Notes: generated by a model not told the origin, from the letters alone. A stretch of DNA of 48,144 nucleotides from an uncultured archaeon (GCA_964583985.1 CAZOYD010000024.1:1-48144), one strand, 5' to 3'. Shown: positions 28,546 to 38,354, counted from the first letter of the stretch. Translations and numbers: made by a program.

Positions 28546-29334
28546 ATGAATGTTGAGATTTTAGTAATAGGTAATGAGATACTTATTGGCAAAACACAAG
28601 ATACAAATTCAAATTGGATGGCCAAAAGAATAACAAAATATGGACATAGATTAAGAAGAATTACGACAATTGGAGATAGTCTTGAGGAAATATCAACTAC
28701 TTTAAAAGAGATCTTGAAACGCAATCCAGACTTGATAATCACATCAGGAGGGTTAGGACCAACATTTGATGATATGACTTTAAAAGGTATTGCCATGGGA
28801 TTAAATACAGAAATCGAACTTAATGAACAGGCTTTAAATTCAATTAAAAAAGCTTATGAAAATGCGAATAAACAAGGTATTCTAAAACTCCAGGGATTAA
28901 CTAAGGAAAGAAAAAAAATGGCATATCTTCCAAGAGGTTCTACACCACTTCCTAACACTCGTGGAACGGCACCAGGAGTTAAAATTAAAGAAGATAATAC
29001 TATTATATTTATTTTGCCAGGAGTACCTGCTGAAATGAAAGCGATGTTTTTAAACGTGATATCACCTATTTTAAAGGAAAAGCAAGGTAAGTTCGTGGAA
29101 AAAGGCTTTATATTTAAAGGTATAGGAGAATCCCAAATTGCTCCTTATGTCACTAAACTTGAGGAAAAGTATCCTCAATTATGGATCAAAACTCACCCAA
29201 GAGTGGGATTATCGATCGAAGTTGAATTGTCTATCACTGCATTTAATGTAAAAAACGGTGAAGAAATGGCAGAAAAAGTGTTAAATGAATTAAAAAAAAT
29301 AATTCTTAGCCTTGATGGCAAAATTAAAGAATAG
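28546..29334 (+). CDS. cinA: CinA-like molybdopterin-binding (MocF) domain protein
   Basis: IGNEILIGKTQDTNS, TSGGLGPTFDDMT, N..GTAPG and LPGVPAEM motifs; ATG 28546. Confidence 0.88.
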   Translation: MNVEILVIGNEILIGKTQDTNSNWMAKRITKYGHRLRRITTIGDSLEEISTTLKEILKRNPDLIITSGGLGPTFDDMTLKGIAMGLNTEIELNEQALNSIKKAYENANKQGILKLQGLTKERKKMAYLPRGSTPLPNTRGTAPGVKIKEDNTIIFILPGVPAEMKAMFLNVISPILKEKQGKFVEKGFIFKGIGESQIAPYVTKLEEKYPQLWIKTHPRVGLSIEVELSITAFNVKNGEEMAEKVLNELKKIILSLDGKIKE

Positions 29335-29409
29335 ATGATGCCTCCTCACGGGTGGAATTTTCAACGAGTGATCACTTAATCGTGTTTAAACTCATATCAT
29401 TAACATCAT
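29335..29409 (-). promoter_or_regulatory. Eukaryote-type SECIS element in the 3' UTR of selD
   Basis: Minus strand reads AUGAU-AUGAGU-UUAAA-CAC-GAUUAA-GUG-AUC-ACUCGU-UGAA (29400-29360): AUGA/GA quartet, 6-bp helix II, unpaired AAA and an apical mini-stem. A possible helix I is AUGAUGUU/GGCAUCAU (29409-29402 with 29342-29335). Confidence 0.8.
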
Positions 29410-29413
29410 AAAA

Positions 29414-30436
29414 TTATAAAACCTCAATTTTTTCAACATTTTCAGAAATTGTAACGCTGTTTGGTATTTTTGCTTCGATTTTTCCAACAATCCAATGATT
29501 TACTTTATTTGCGAAGAGAATTTCTGAGAATTCTTCAGTTTTAGCGGGATCTACAGCAAGAATCATTCCACCTGCAGTTTCATGACACGTACAATCATTA
29601 AAAGCATATCCTAACTCTTGAGATAAGTCTTCAGCGAGATTAATCGAAGGTATCTTTTCAATCACAGCAGATAATTTAGAATGTTGAAGCATCTCTTGAA
29701 GATGCCCAGCTAACCCAAAACCAGTGCAATCACTCATGGCATGGATAAAAGAAAAATCATCTAATGAGTGAATTGCCTTTATAACCGGTTGAGTTGGGGT
29801 AGTCATTAGTTCAATGGCAAAATCAATCGATTTTTTAAGTTCATTCCTAGAATATTGCTCTAACATTTCAGGAAAATCTTTTAAAATCCTGTAACTTGCC
29901 ATTATTGCTTGTATTCCGATAGGTTTTGTAAGAAATATCTTGTCATTTTTCTTCACTCCACTTTTTGTGATGATTGCGTCACGTCGAACAAAACCAGAAG
30001 CTTCACCTCCTATAAGAGGCCATCCAGAATAAATCGTATGCCCTCCAACAACTTTCGATGAGATTTTTTCTTCCATGAAATACTTAATGCCCTTTAAAAT
30101 ACCTTCTGCCACATCTGGTGGCGTTTTAGTTTGGATTGCCAAGAAGACGAGCATTCCAGAGATTTCGGGGACATTCATTGCGAAAATATCGTTCGTAACA
30201 TTACAAGCAGCAATCTGCCCCATAATATGCGGTTCATCGACTATCGGAGTGAACACGTCAATATTCTTTACTAAGACAAGCTCGCTTCCTGGAATAGGGA
30301 TGACAGCAGCATCCTCAATATCACCAAATAGACCAGTATTCACCAATAGATTATTTAAATCATTTGCACCGAGCTTACAACTTCATCCATGTATTTTAAC
30401 TTCTGAGGTCAGTCTATACTCATGCTCTCCTTCCAT
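29414..30436 (-). CDS. selD: Selenide,water dikinase (selenophosphate synthetase), selenoprotein with Sec18
   Basis: ATG 30436 follows SD GAGGTG; MEGEHEYRLTSEVKIHG-U-SCKLG with in-frame TGA at 30385-30383; EDAAV, DVFTPIVD, GGHT, LTKPIG and DCTGFGL.GH motifs; 340 aa. Confidence 0.95.
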
Positions 30437-30724
30437 TATTCACCTCAAATCTGTTTTAGTGTTTTTAATTTATATGGTTTTTGAAAGTATGTAAAGAAAT
30501 TCAAAATCATATATTAATATTTTAGATTTTATTTATCGAATATCTTAATAAATTATAAAAAAGGCTCCTAAGCTCATAAACATACAATAGATCTTAAAAG
30601 ATAATTGAGGTTATGAGATATTAAGTACACGCATTGAAAAAATGGTCTAAATATCTTTTTTTAATCTTCATTTCTATTATTCCAATATATCGTAGATTTC
30701 AATTAAAATTAAAGTGAATTTTTA

Positions 30725-31048
30725 TTGATAGAGTACAATTTGAATTATTGCCCCTATTGTGGTAAAAAATTGGGAGCTAATAACGGAAAAAAACCGAATT
30801 TTTGTAGTTACTGTGGTCAAAAATTCAAAACACCGATAATCTCTATAGAAGGGAAGATACAATGTACCATTTGTCATAATTTTATCTATTTAGAAAAAGA
30901 TACCACGATTAAATGCTCTTTTTGTGGCAGTATCTATCATTCTTCATGCGTTTCTTCTTGGCTTATGAAGTATAATTCTTGTCCAATGTGTCAAAATGTA
31001 TTCTTAAATCCCACATTAATCAATTATAATAGAGTAAGGAAGAAATAG
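30725..31048 (+). CDS. Zinc-ribbon plus RING-variant (C4HC3) finger protein, putative E3 ubiquitin-ligase-like
   Basis: CTIC...CSFC-x4-H-x2-C-x3-W...CPMC; N-terminal CPYC...CSYC ribbon. Confidence 0.8.
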   Translation: MIEYNLNYCPYCGKKLGANNGKKPNFCSYCGQKFKTPIISIEGKIQCTICHNFIYLEKDTTIKCSFCGSIYHSSCVSSWLMKYNSCPMCQNVFLNPTLINYNRVRKK

Positions 31049-31087
31049 CACTTTTTAAAAAAAAGCATCAAATAAAAGAATAAAATA

Positions 31088-34036
31088 TTAAGATAATAAC
31101 AGATCTATCTTTTTAGATATTTTCCGTGTAACATTAAATGGATCTCTATAAAAGAGATTCAAAGTAATCTCATTAGCACTAGGATCTGAAAGTTTTTTTT
31201 CAACAATTCTATTCATCTTTAAGACATAATTGAATTTTAATACACTTCCAGGTTTTAATTCATTCATATAGAGATTTCTTGGAAAACTTTCATTTTTAAC
31301 AAGGACCAAATATACTGGTATTCGTAGTATGAGTTGCAGATCTTTGAAAGTGAGGTTAGTTGGATTACTTAATTTAAAATCAAGATGGATTTTATTCCCA
31401 ATGGATTTAATCGTTTTAAATAATAAGAGATCTTTGGATTCATATAAATCTTCTAATGTAGGTGAATGAAGTGTATCATCTTTGATTTTTCCACTTAATT
31501 TATTTTTACTTATGAATTTAAGGACATAATCTGTAAGTTGGTCAACTTCCAAATCCATGTATAAAGCTAACTTGTTTAATTTAATAGGGTTCATCACTTC
31601 TAGATAATATTTAATTTGATTTAGATATATTTTTTCAAGATTCTTTTTTTGGAATTTTTTCATTCTATTTATGAGCATTTCTTTAGAAGAAACAAATTTA
31701 GTAATGAACGGACGTATGTATAAATTGAAAATATTGTTATCATTCGTAATTTTACCGATTATAGTATCAATCTGATTTTCATATTCTTCGATAAAATTTT
31801 GAACTTGCGTTTGATTCATTTCAATAAATTTCTTTGCATCATTAAATTCATTTTTTTTGATTAACTGACTTACTTTTTCATTAAGTTGTTCAAATTTGTC
31901 ATTAAAATTCTTGAATCCCTCGATTCCTTGGCTAATAATTGATTGTATATGACCTTGGAATAATTGGAAACCGAGTTCATTTGTAATATCTTTAACTTTA
32001 CCATTCGAAACAGCTTCACGAGATTTGATATTTATGAAATATTTAACCATTTTGTCCTTGATAAGCTTAATTTGTTTATCCAATCTGCTTAAATACTCCT
32101 GAATTTCAATCTTTAGTTCTACCCAATTTTTAAGCAATCCCTTAAAAATATCAAATTCTACATTAGTTACGATAAGATCTCTAATTTCATCATCCAATTT
32201 AAACAGATAATTTCTTAATTGTGTGATTTGAGTAAATTTCTCTTCTAATTCCTCGTTTTGTTCATTAGATAGGATAATTTCATCTAAATTGTCTGGAAAT
32301 TCATAAAATTTTAGCACTTCATATTGAACTCTCAAGATATTTATACGATCTTGAAATATCTTTATTTTACCTTTTAATCCTGAGGAAAATTCCATTTTTT
32401 TCTCGTCAAAGATCTCTTGAATAAATCCTTTAATGATACTCAATTCATCAATGATCTGCAATTTTGTTTCTTCCCAATCTTCAATTAAATTAAATGCTAA
32501 TCTTTTGTATTCAAATTTATTAATTTTTTTATTGAATTTCCTTATTCGATTTAATATCTTTCTATAAGCATTGCTCAACTCGATCTCAGTTTCATTAAAT
32601 TTGAATTCTTTGATTAAAGTCATCATTTTTTCGCGAAATTTGGCGGGGGATTTTTGAAATTCCCTGATTTTGCTCGTAAATAGTTCCAATTCGTAATTTA
32701 CTCTACTAATTGTTTCGTCCATTCTGTTAAAATTAGTCTTAATCTCCTTCAAAGTGAATATAATTTCATTCTTAACATCTGGATCAGTTTCAATTATTAG
32801 TGCTTTATCTAATTCTATGAATATCCATACTGCTATCTTTCTAATATCGAGTATATAAACTAAATTCTGAAGAAGTGTTATGTTTTTTTTTCTTTCTCTC
32901 CAATACTTCGATTCAAGTCGATATAAAATCTTTGTAATCTCATTTTCGATTTCTACTTGGTATTCTTCATATAATCTTTTAAAAACCAATGCAACGCAAT
33001 CTCTTACAGCTTCTGAAGGGCTCTCTAATTCCTCAAAGATATAAATAAAGATATCCGGAATATTATTTTGACTAAGATGGTATAATGCATTAATGACGGT
33101 ATTTCTATAATCCTCATCATCCAGATCGAGTGAATGTATTAAGTTTGACCAAATCTGATCAAAATTATTTTTAGAAATGCTTACAAGTGCATCAATTACT
33201 CTTTGCTGAATCCGATAATCATCCTCTTTCAATAAATTGATTAATTTAGGAATTATTGGGATTATTTCAGAAGATTTTTCTTTCCCAATCTCACCAAATA
33301 ACCAAATAATAAGTTCTTTGACTCGATCTTCCTCATTATATAGTAAATTGAGTAGAATATGCATTATTTTATCTTTAGAGAGAAAATATGTTCCTAATAT
33401 TTTCAATAATTCTGCTGAAGATCGAGCCACATCCTCATCTAAATCACGCAGATTGACGATTACTATTGAAAGAAGTGGCTCTAAATCCGGAATTTTAGAA
33501 AAATCTTGATTTATTATCTTTTTAAGAGTTTTCATCACTTCTAATTTAACTTTCCAATCATCATCGATAAGTTTTGCAATAAATTCCTCAATTATAATTA
33601 GAATCTCTTCTTGGTCTATATGTAGTGAAATTAACAGATTTCCCATTATTTTCACTGCTAATCTTCTCACCGTTGGTTCAATATCATAAAAACGACTTCG
33701 AACTTTTGTTATTAATTCTAACAATAGATTTGGTCGATAAATTGAAATTTGAAAAAGAATTTCTAATGAAACTAAACGGATCCATGAATTAGAATCATCA
33801 ATTGTGAAGTTCATATACTTTGCAGTACGTAAAGAAATAGCAGGTGTTTTATCACAAATATGATTTAACAGATTCAATGATTTATATAAAATTTCCTTAT
33901 CCAAGCTATCTCGATTTTCAATTAGACCGAAAATGAGCTCACCAGCTTCTTCATAATTACCACTAAAAATTAATTTTTCTAACCGTTTTTCATCTAATGT
34001 TAAGATCGTCACTTTGCGTCTTATCTGATTAATCAT
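31088..34036 (-). CDS. 982-aa HEAT-repeat protein with helical mid-region, PCI-like winged helix and C-terminal Ig-like domain
   Basis: HEAT repeats (D.NSWIRLVSL, D.DWKVK, D.DEDVARSSA); IKLNKLA..M.LE...L...VL..I....L.GKI is PCI-like; terminal beta-rich segment LSNPTN.TF.DLQL...ELKPG. Confidence 0.8.
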   Translation of the reverse strand: MINQIRRKVTILTLDEKRLEKLIFSGNYEEAGELIFGLIENRDSLDKEILYKSLNLLNHICDKTPAISLRTAKYMNFTIDDSNSWIRLVSLEILFQISIYRPNLLLELITKVRSRFYDIEPTVRRLAVKIMGNLLISLHIDQEEILIIIEEFIAKLIDDDWKVKLEVMKTLKKIINQDFSKIPDLEPLLSIVIVNLRDLDEDVARSSAELLKILGTYFLSKDKIMHILLNLLYNEEDRVKELIIWLFGEIGKEKSSEIIPIIPKLINLLKEDDYRIQQRVIDALVSISKNNFDQIWSNLIHSLDLDDEDYRNTVINALYHLSQNNIPDIFIYIFEELESPSEAVRDCVALVFKRLYEEYQVEIENEITKILYRLESKYWRERKKNITLLQNLVYILDIRKIAVWIFIELDKALIIETDPDVKNEIIFTLKEIKTNFNRMDETISRVNYELELFTSKIREFQKSPAKFREKMMTLIKEFKFNETEIELSNAYRKILNRIRKFNKKINKFEYKRLAFNLIEDWEETKLQIIDELSIIKGFIQEIFDEKKMEFSSGLKGKIKIFQDRINILRVQYEVLKFYEFPDNLDEIILSNEQNEELEEKFTQITQLRNYLFKLDDEIRDLIVTNVEFDIFKGLLKNWVELKIEIQEYLSRLDKQIKLIKDKMVKYFINIKSREAVSNGKVKDITNELGFQLFQGHIQSIISQGIEGFKNFNDKFEQLNEKVSQLIKKNEFNDAKKFIEMNQTQVQNFIEEYENQIDTIIGKITNDNNIFNLYIRPFITKFVSSKEMLINRMKKFQKKNLEKIYLNQIKYYLEVMNPIKLNKLALYMDLEVDQLTDYVLKFISKNKLSGKIKDDTLHSPTLEDLYESKDLLLFKTIKSIGNKIHLDFKLSNPTNLTFKDLQLILRIPVYLVLVKNESFPRNLYMNELKPGSVLKFNYVLKMNRIVEKKLSDPSANEITLNLFYRDPFNVTRKISKKIDLLLS

Positions 34037-34232
34037 TTAATGATATATTTTTTCCAATAATCTCTTTTATCGTAAAAGTATAAAAATGTTTTTTTATAAG
34101 AATTTTAAATCAAAAAATACATAACAATTTAGTTTTTTATAATTAATGAGTTTGAATTCATAATTGAATTATTAAATGGATAAATGAGAAATTGATGAAT
34201 ATTTTTCATATAAAAAAAGAAAGAAAAATAAA

Positions 34233-34781
34233 TTAATTATATAATTCTATAATTGCCGTACCAGGCATTGAAACCCTTTCTCGATATGTTAAGGTTCCAC
34301 CATCGACTTCCTTGGTTTTCACTAACTTTCGTTCAATATCTTTTTCAGAGATGTACCCTCTTTCTCCCGCTTCAAATTGTTTGAGAATTTTTCCATTTTT
34401 ATCTTTAATATCAACATTAGTAAATGTAGTTTGCTTCACGTCAAAAAAAACCCTTTTACCTTCAATTTTTGTAACTGTCGCTTCTGTAACTAATGTGTCT
34501 CCGCATCTAACCATCCCACGCATCTCGATATCAATATCAATTAACTTTCCATACTCTTCTTGATTTAGAAAATCTTCAAATAATTTGGATATGAATCCGA
34601 AACTAAAAAGGCCATGAGCAATTATACCTTTTAAACCTGCTTTTATCGCTACTTCATCGCTTGTATGAATTGGATTTGTATCTCCTGATGCTTTCGCATA
34701 TTCCCTCAATAATTCTCGAGTAATCTGACTAAATTCGTTTTTAATTACTTGCCCAACTTTTATATCTGATATTTTTACCAC
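34233..34781 (-). CDS. MaoC-family (R)-hydratase/dehydratase, catalytic subunit
   Basis: YAKASGDTNPIH...IIAHG hydratase motif; SD GAGGTG precedes the GTG start. Confidence 0.9.
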   Translation of the reverse strand: MVKISDIKVGQVIKNEFSQITRELLREYAKASGDTNPIHTSDEVAIKAGLKGIIAHGLFSFGFISKLFEDFLNQEEYGKLIDIDIEMRGMVRCGDTLVTEATVTKIEGKRVFFDVKQTTFTNVDIKDKNGKILKQFEAGERGYISEKDIERKLVKTKEVDGGTLTYRERVSMPGTAIIELYN

Positions 34782-34797
34782 TTTTTATACACCTCTT

Positions 34798-35298
34798 TTA
34801 ATATCCTCCAGGTCTTACTGCAGCTGTTATTAAAGGCTTGCATACTAATTCATCATCTTGGTTTTTAACTAGAACTTCTATTTCAGAAAAAAGAACCATT
34901 GTTTTTTCAATAACCCATACTTTCCCGAATTTTGCCGTTATTGAGAGTTTATCTCCCGGTTTAACATCCACACACCCTTCCCAATCATATTTCTGACCCC
35001 CGTGAAGTAGTTTTCCAACATTCAACATGAAAGGTCGCTCCACACCATCTTGAACAAGCTTCATTCCAAGTAATAATTTATAAAGTGCTTTAATTGTGAA
35101 ATGATTTGCAAATGCATGGCAAGCTACAATTCCATTTTCTTCGGGGCCCACATATTTAGGATCGGTAATCCCATAAATTTCTGCAAAACTAACAAGAGTC
35201 TTGTATCTAATGGATACCTTTGCCGTGCCAGGAATTTCCTTTCCACCCAGATTTTTAATTAAAAAATCTGCATTTTTTTTTATTTCTGCGTTGTCCAT
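34798..35298 (-). CDS. MaoC-like hot-dog partner subunit (HadA/FAS1-N-like)
   Basis: FA...G..DP.Y, LLHGGQ.Y.W...V.PGD and NQD.ELV motifs. Confidence 0.82.
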   Translation of the reverse strand: MDNAEIKKNADFLIKNLGGKEIPGTAKVSIRYKTLVSFAEIYGITDPKYVGPEENGIVACHAFANHFTIKALYKLLLGMKLVQDGVERPFMLNVGKLLHGGQKYDWEGCVDVKPGDKLSITAKFGKVWVIEKTMVLFSEIEVLVKNQDDELVCKPLITAAVRPGGY

Positions 35299-35399
35299 CT
35301 GATCTCACATTATTTTCATTTGTGTTTTGAATTATTATTATTATTAACTTCGTGATTTATATAATTAAAACTTTGATTTGGATATTGATTAATCAGTAT

Positions 35400-36128
35400 T
35401 TAACTATCCATATCTTTTGGAATAATTTGGGTACTAATAATATCATTATTTTTTAAAAAAAAACGAGTTATTGTTTCTGATTCTGCTCCATTTAAAATTA
35501 TGCAGGGTATTCTATATTCATCAATTAGAACGGGTAAGTATTCATCAATGGGTATCGAATTCTTTTTGGTAAGTATATCATCATCCATTTTTAGTAACTG
35601 ATCTTTAGTTTTTAAATCCTTCAATTCTAGGGTAGATATTTCTTGTATGCACGAATTATCTTTGCGAATGATTCCATTAACATCTTTTATCAAATATACT
35701 CTATCAAAATTTAATTCATGTGCTATGTATAACGCGATAGAATCAGAAGTTACTTGCCAATTATGGGGTAGTATATCCTTACTTTTTAAATACTGATAAG
35801 GAAGAAAAATAGCAAATACACGTCGTTTCTTTTTTATTGCATCAATTTTTTCAATGGTTTCAATATGATCATAACAAGATGCCAGTTTCTTTCCATTAAA
35901 ATTCATGGCATGTATTGCCATCCAATGTGATTTTTCATCCCCCAAAACCATCTTCTCATCAAGATTCCTAACAAAATTAGCGAGAGTTCCTCCTCCAGGA
36001 ATAATAATAATTTTATCGAGATTGTTATTATTATAGAGACTATTTAATTGCGAAATAGAGTTCTCCAAATATGCTTCATTTTCAAGGATTTTTCCTCCAA
36101 TTTTACATAATGCATATTTCCTTGTCAT
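35400..36128 (-). CDS. mfnE: Amino-acid-kinase family protein, probable methanofuran biosynthesis kinase MfnE
   Basis: KIGG, IPGGG..ANFVR, SHWMAI.AM, LPHNWQVTSDSIA and KDVNG motifs; adjacent to the MfnF-like gene. Confidence 0.75.
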   Translation of the reverse strand: MTRKYALCKIGGKILENEAYLENSISQLNSLYNNNNLDKIIIIPGGGTLANFVRNLDEKMVLGDEKSHWMAIHAMNFNGKKLASCYDHIETIEKIDAIKKKRRVFAIFLPYQYLKSKDILPHNWQVTSDSIALYIAHELNFDRVYLIKDVNGIIRKDNSCIQEISTLELKDLKTKDQLLKMDDDILTKKNSIPIDEYLPVLIDEYRIPCIILNGAESETITRFFLKNNDIISTQIIPKDMDS

Positions 36129-36136
36129 GATATTAA

Positions 36137-37237
36137 TTAATCCTGTATTTGGTAATAAAGTGCTCCTGCTACAGCATAAGCGGAGGAACTTATCATATCA
36201 GGTATTTTTGTAAGAGTTTCGTAAGAAAAGATCAAATTGTCATTAAAACCCATTTTGTGAAGACTTTTCTTTATAAGGTAATCTGCTGACATGCCTGTAA
36301 TGACAAATTTAGGATTTTTAACCATATCTGGTTCTTTTATCATCAACTCATTAAGAAAAGCTTCAATCTCATCAACTATTAAACTTAATTGCTTTTCGTA
36401 TATGTATTCTGCTATATTACTCAATTCTTCCATTGTAAGCATGCTTTTATCAGCACAGATTATTCGTGCTAAACGAGAATAACAATCTTCTAAAGAAGTT
36501 CTTCTATTATCGGCGGTATCATTTATATATTGGCTTTCCATAATATTGTTTAAAATTCTATGAACATCAGAAACCAACGCAAATTTTTCAAAGGATATTC
36601 GAATAAATTCATCCTTATAAGGAACTTTATGAGTAATTGAAGGAATTGTAGCTCTTAAGCCTCCAGTATAAATTAATTCATGATAGACTAATCTCTCAAC
36701 ATCAGTTTTTCCTTTTGGAATCGGTATTCCATCTTTTATGGGAATTAAATCAATCGTAGTGGAACCAGAGTCTATTAAAATGCAATTAGGAATTATCTTT
36801 CCTAAAAACAATGCCGTAGATACCCAATTAGCTGCAGCAACTTTAAGATAATTTTTTCTAGCTTGTTTTTCTGACATGTAATTTCCTTGAGTACTAATAA
36901 AGAATAATTTATTGGATGGAAAAACCTGAATCAATGCATCAATAGTCCTATTAATCCCTTCATTTTTGGTTTGAAAAGCATCAGAAAGTTCACATGTTAT
37001 TGCAATAGCGAAGTAAGTAATTTCATCTAATTCGAGATTATTTTGGTTTAAGAGCAAGTTTGATATACGAGTGAGCATTTCTGGAATATCTTTGAGAGTT
37101 TTTTCCCAAAATGGAAAGTATTCAATAGATGAGGATGCGTGTATTATATTACCCTCGCTAAACACCAACAAAGCTGCTTTCGTGTTAGCACCTCCAATAT
37201 CTAATCCTAAAATAGAGATAAAACCTTTTTCATTCGT
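36137..37237 (-). CDS. mfnF: Hydantoinase A/oxoprolinase-family protein, probable methanofuran synthase MfnF; start codon anomalous
   Basis: In-frame ILGLDIGGANTKAA lies upstream of the track's start; T.ELSDAF.TK.EG, AAANW, IDSGSTT.DLIP, ELIYTG.LR and RLARIICAD motifs. The start coordinate (ACG 37237) is tentative. Confidence 0.78.
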   Translation of the reverse strand, partial: TNEKGFISILGLDIGGANTKAALLVFSEGNIIHASSSIEYFPFWEKTLKDIPEMLTRISNLLLNQNNLELDEITYFAIAITCELSDAFQTKNEGINRTIDALIQVFPSNKLFFISTQGNYMSEKQARKNYLKVAAANWVSTALFLGKIIPNCILIDSGSTTIDLIPIKDGIPIPKGKTDVERLVYHELIYTGGLRATIPSITHKVPYKDEFIRISFEKFALVSDVHRILNNIMESQYINDTADNRRTSLEDCYSRLARIICADKSMLTMEELSNIAEYIYEKQLSLIVDEIEAFLNELMIKEPDMVKNPKFVITGMSADYLIKKSLHKMGFNDNLIFSYETLTKIPDMISSSAYAVAGALYYQIQD

Positions 37238-37264
37238 ATTAAAGATTCACCAAGATTGTTATAA

Positions 37265-38305
37265 TTAAGATTTATTCTCATACTTATGTTTGAGATAAGC
37301 TATTAGCTTATCTAAATTATCTCCGGTTAGAGCGTTGGTCATGAAAAAGTCATTTTCATTTAAATTCAATTTCTCCTTTAAAAAATTAATTTCCGCAGAA
37401 CTGGCCAGATCTTTCTTATTCATAATGATTAACATGTCAATTTTTCCCTCTTGTGTAAAATTTTCCTTTATTTCATTATAGAGTTGAATTTGAGATTCAA
37501 TAGAGTAACCACAAGCGGGAGTTGGATCGAAGACAAAAATAATCAAATCAGAGATTAATTTCAAAGCTAAAATTGCTTGAGCTTCAATATTATTACGCTC
37601 TGACATTGGGCGATCTAAAATACCGGGCGTATCCATGCATTGAAGTTTGATTGCATCAAATCTACGTTCAATATGTAAATGACCTAAAATTAATTCCTTT
37701 GTAGTGAATGGATATTCCTGAACTTCTATCTTTTTATTTGTTGAAATGTTGACTACTAAACTACTTTTCCCTACATTGGGATAACCTGCAAATACAACGC
37801 AAGGCATTTCATAATCAATCGATGGAATTTTTCTTAATTTTCCTCTTATATTATTTAAATATTCGAGATTCTTATTTTGCTGCCTTAAAATCGATGATAT
37901 TCGTCCAAATGCAGCGCGGCGTATTTTATCTGCTTCTTTAGGTGCTTCAATATGATTTAAATTTCTAAAGCTATCTCTTTCAATCTGACTAAGTATGGGC
38001 AATATCCCGTTTAATTTTCCTAATGTAAGTCTTAATTCATCGACATCAACTAATAACGAAGCTAATTCCCTATAAAAATCGGGCAATTCTTCAATCATGG
38101 GGACGCTTTTAATGATTTTAAGTATTCGCTCAATGAGATCTTCGATTGCTACTTTTATCCGTTTGTATTCCTTTTTTTTTGCTTTCATGAGAATGGGAGC
38201 GTTTTTCGAAACTTGAGCAGAACTCTTCATTGCTCGTTTGAAAGCAATATCTAATAATTCTTTTGTGTTTGGAACGTGATAAAAATTTAAGAATGGGTTT
38301 TGCAT
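37265..38305 (-). CDS. nog1: NOG1-family ribosome biogenesis GTPase
   Basis: LPDFY.EL, GYPNVGKSS, YPFTTK, DTPGILDRPMSERN.IE and NKKD motifs. Confidence 0.93.
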   Translation of the reverse strand: MQNPFLNFYHVPNTKELLDIAFKRAMKSSAQVSKNAPILMKAKKKEYKRIKVAIEDLIERILKIIKSVPMIEELPDFYRELASLLVDVDELRLTLGKLNGILPILSQIERDSFRNLNHIEAPKEADKIRRAAFGRISSILRQQNKNLEYLNNIRGKLRKIPSIDYEMPCVVFAGYPNVGKSSLVVNISTNKKIEVQEYPFTTKELILGHLHIERRFDAIKLQCMDTPGILDRPMSERNNIEAQAILALKLISDLIIFVFDPTPACGYSIESQIQLYNEIKENFTQEGKIDMLIIMNKKDLASSAEINFLKEKLNLNENDFFMTNALTGDNLDKLIAYLKHKYENKS

Positions 38306-38354
38306 AATGATGGGAATAATAACATGTTTAAATTAAATAAAGAAGGATTCGATA

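Noticed and set aside
30383-30385. TGA in selD read as a pseudogene stop or as UGA-to-Trp/Gly reassignment
   Set aside because: It sits at the catalytic Sec/Cys position with a SECIS downstream, and TGA ends other genes here at natural C-termini (e.g. 13253, 15682).
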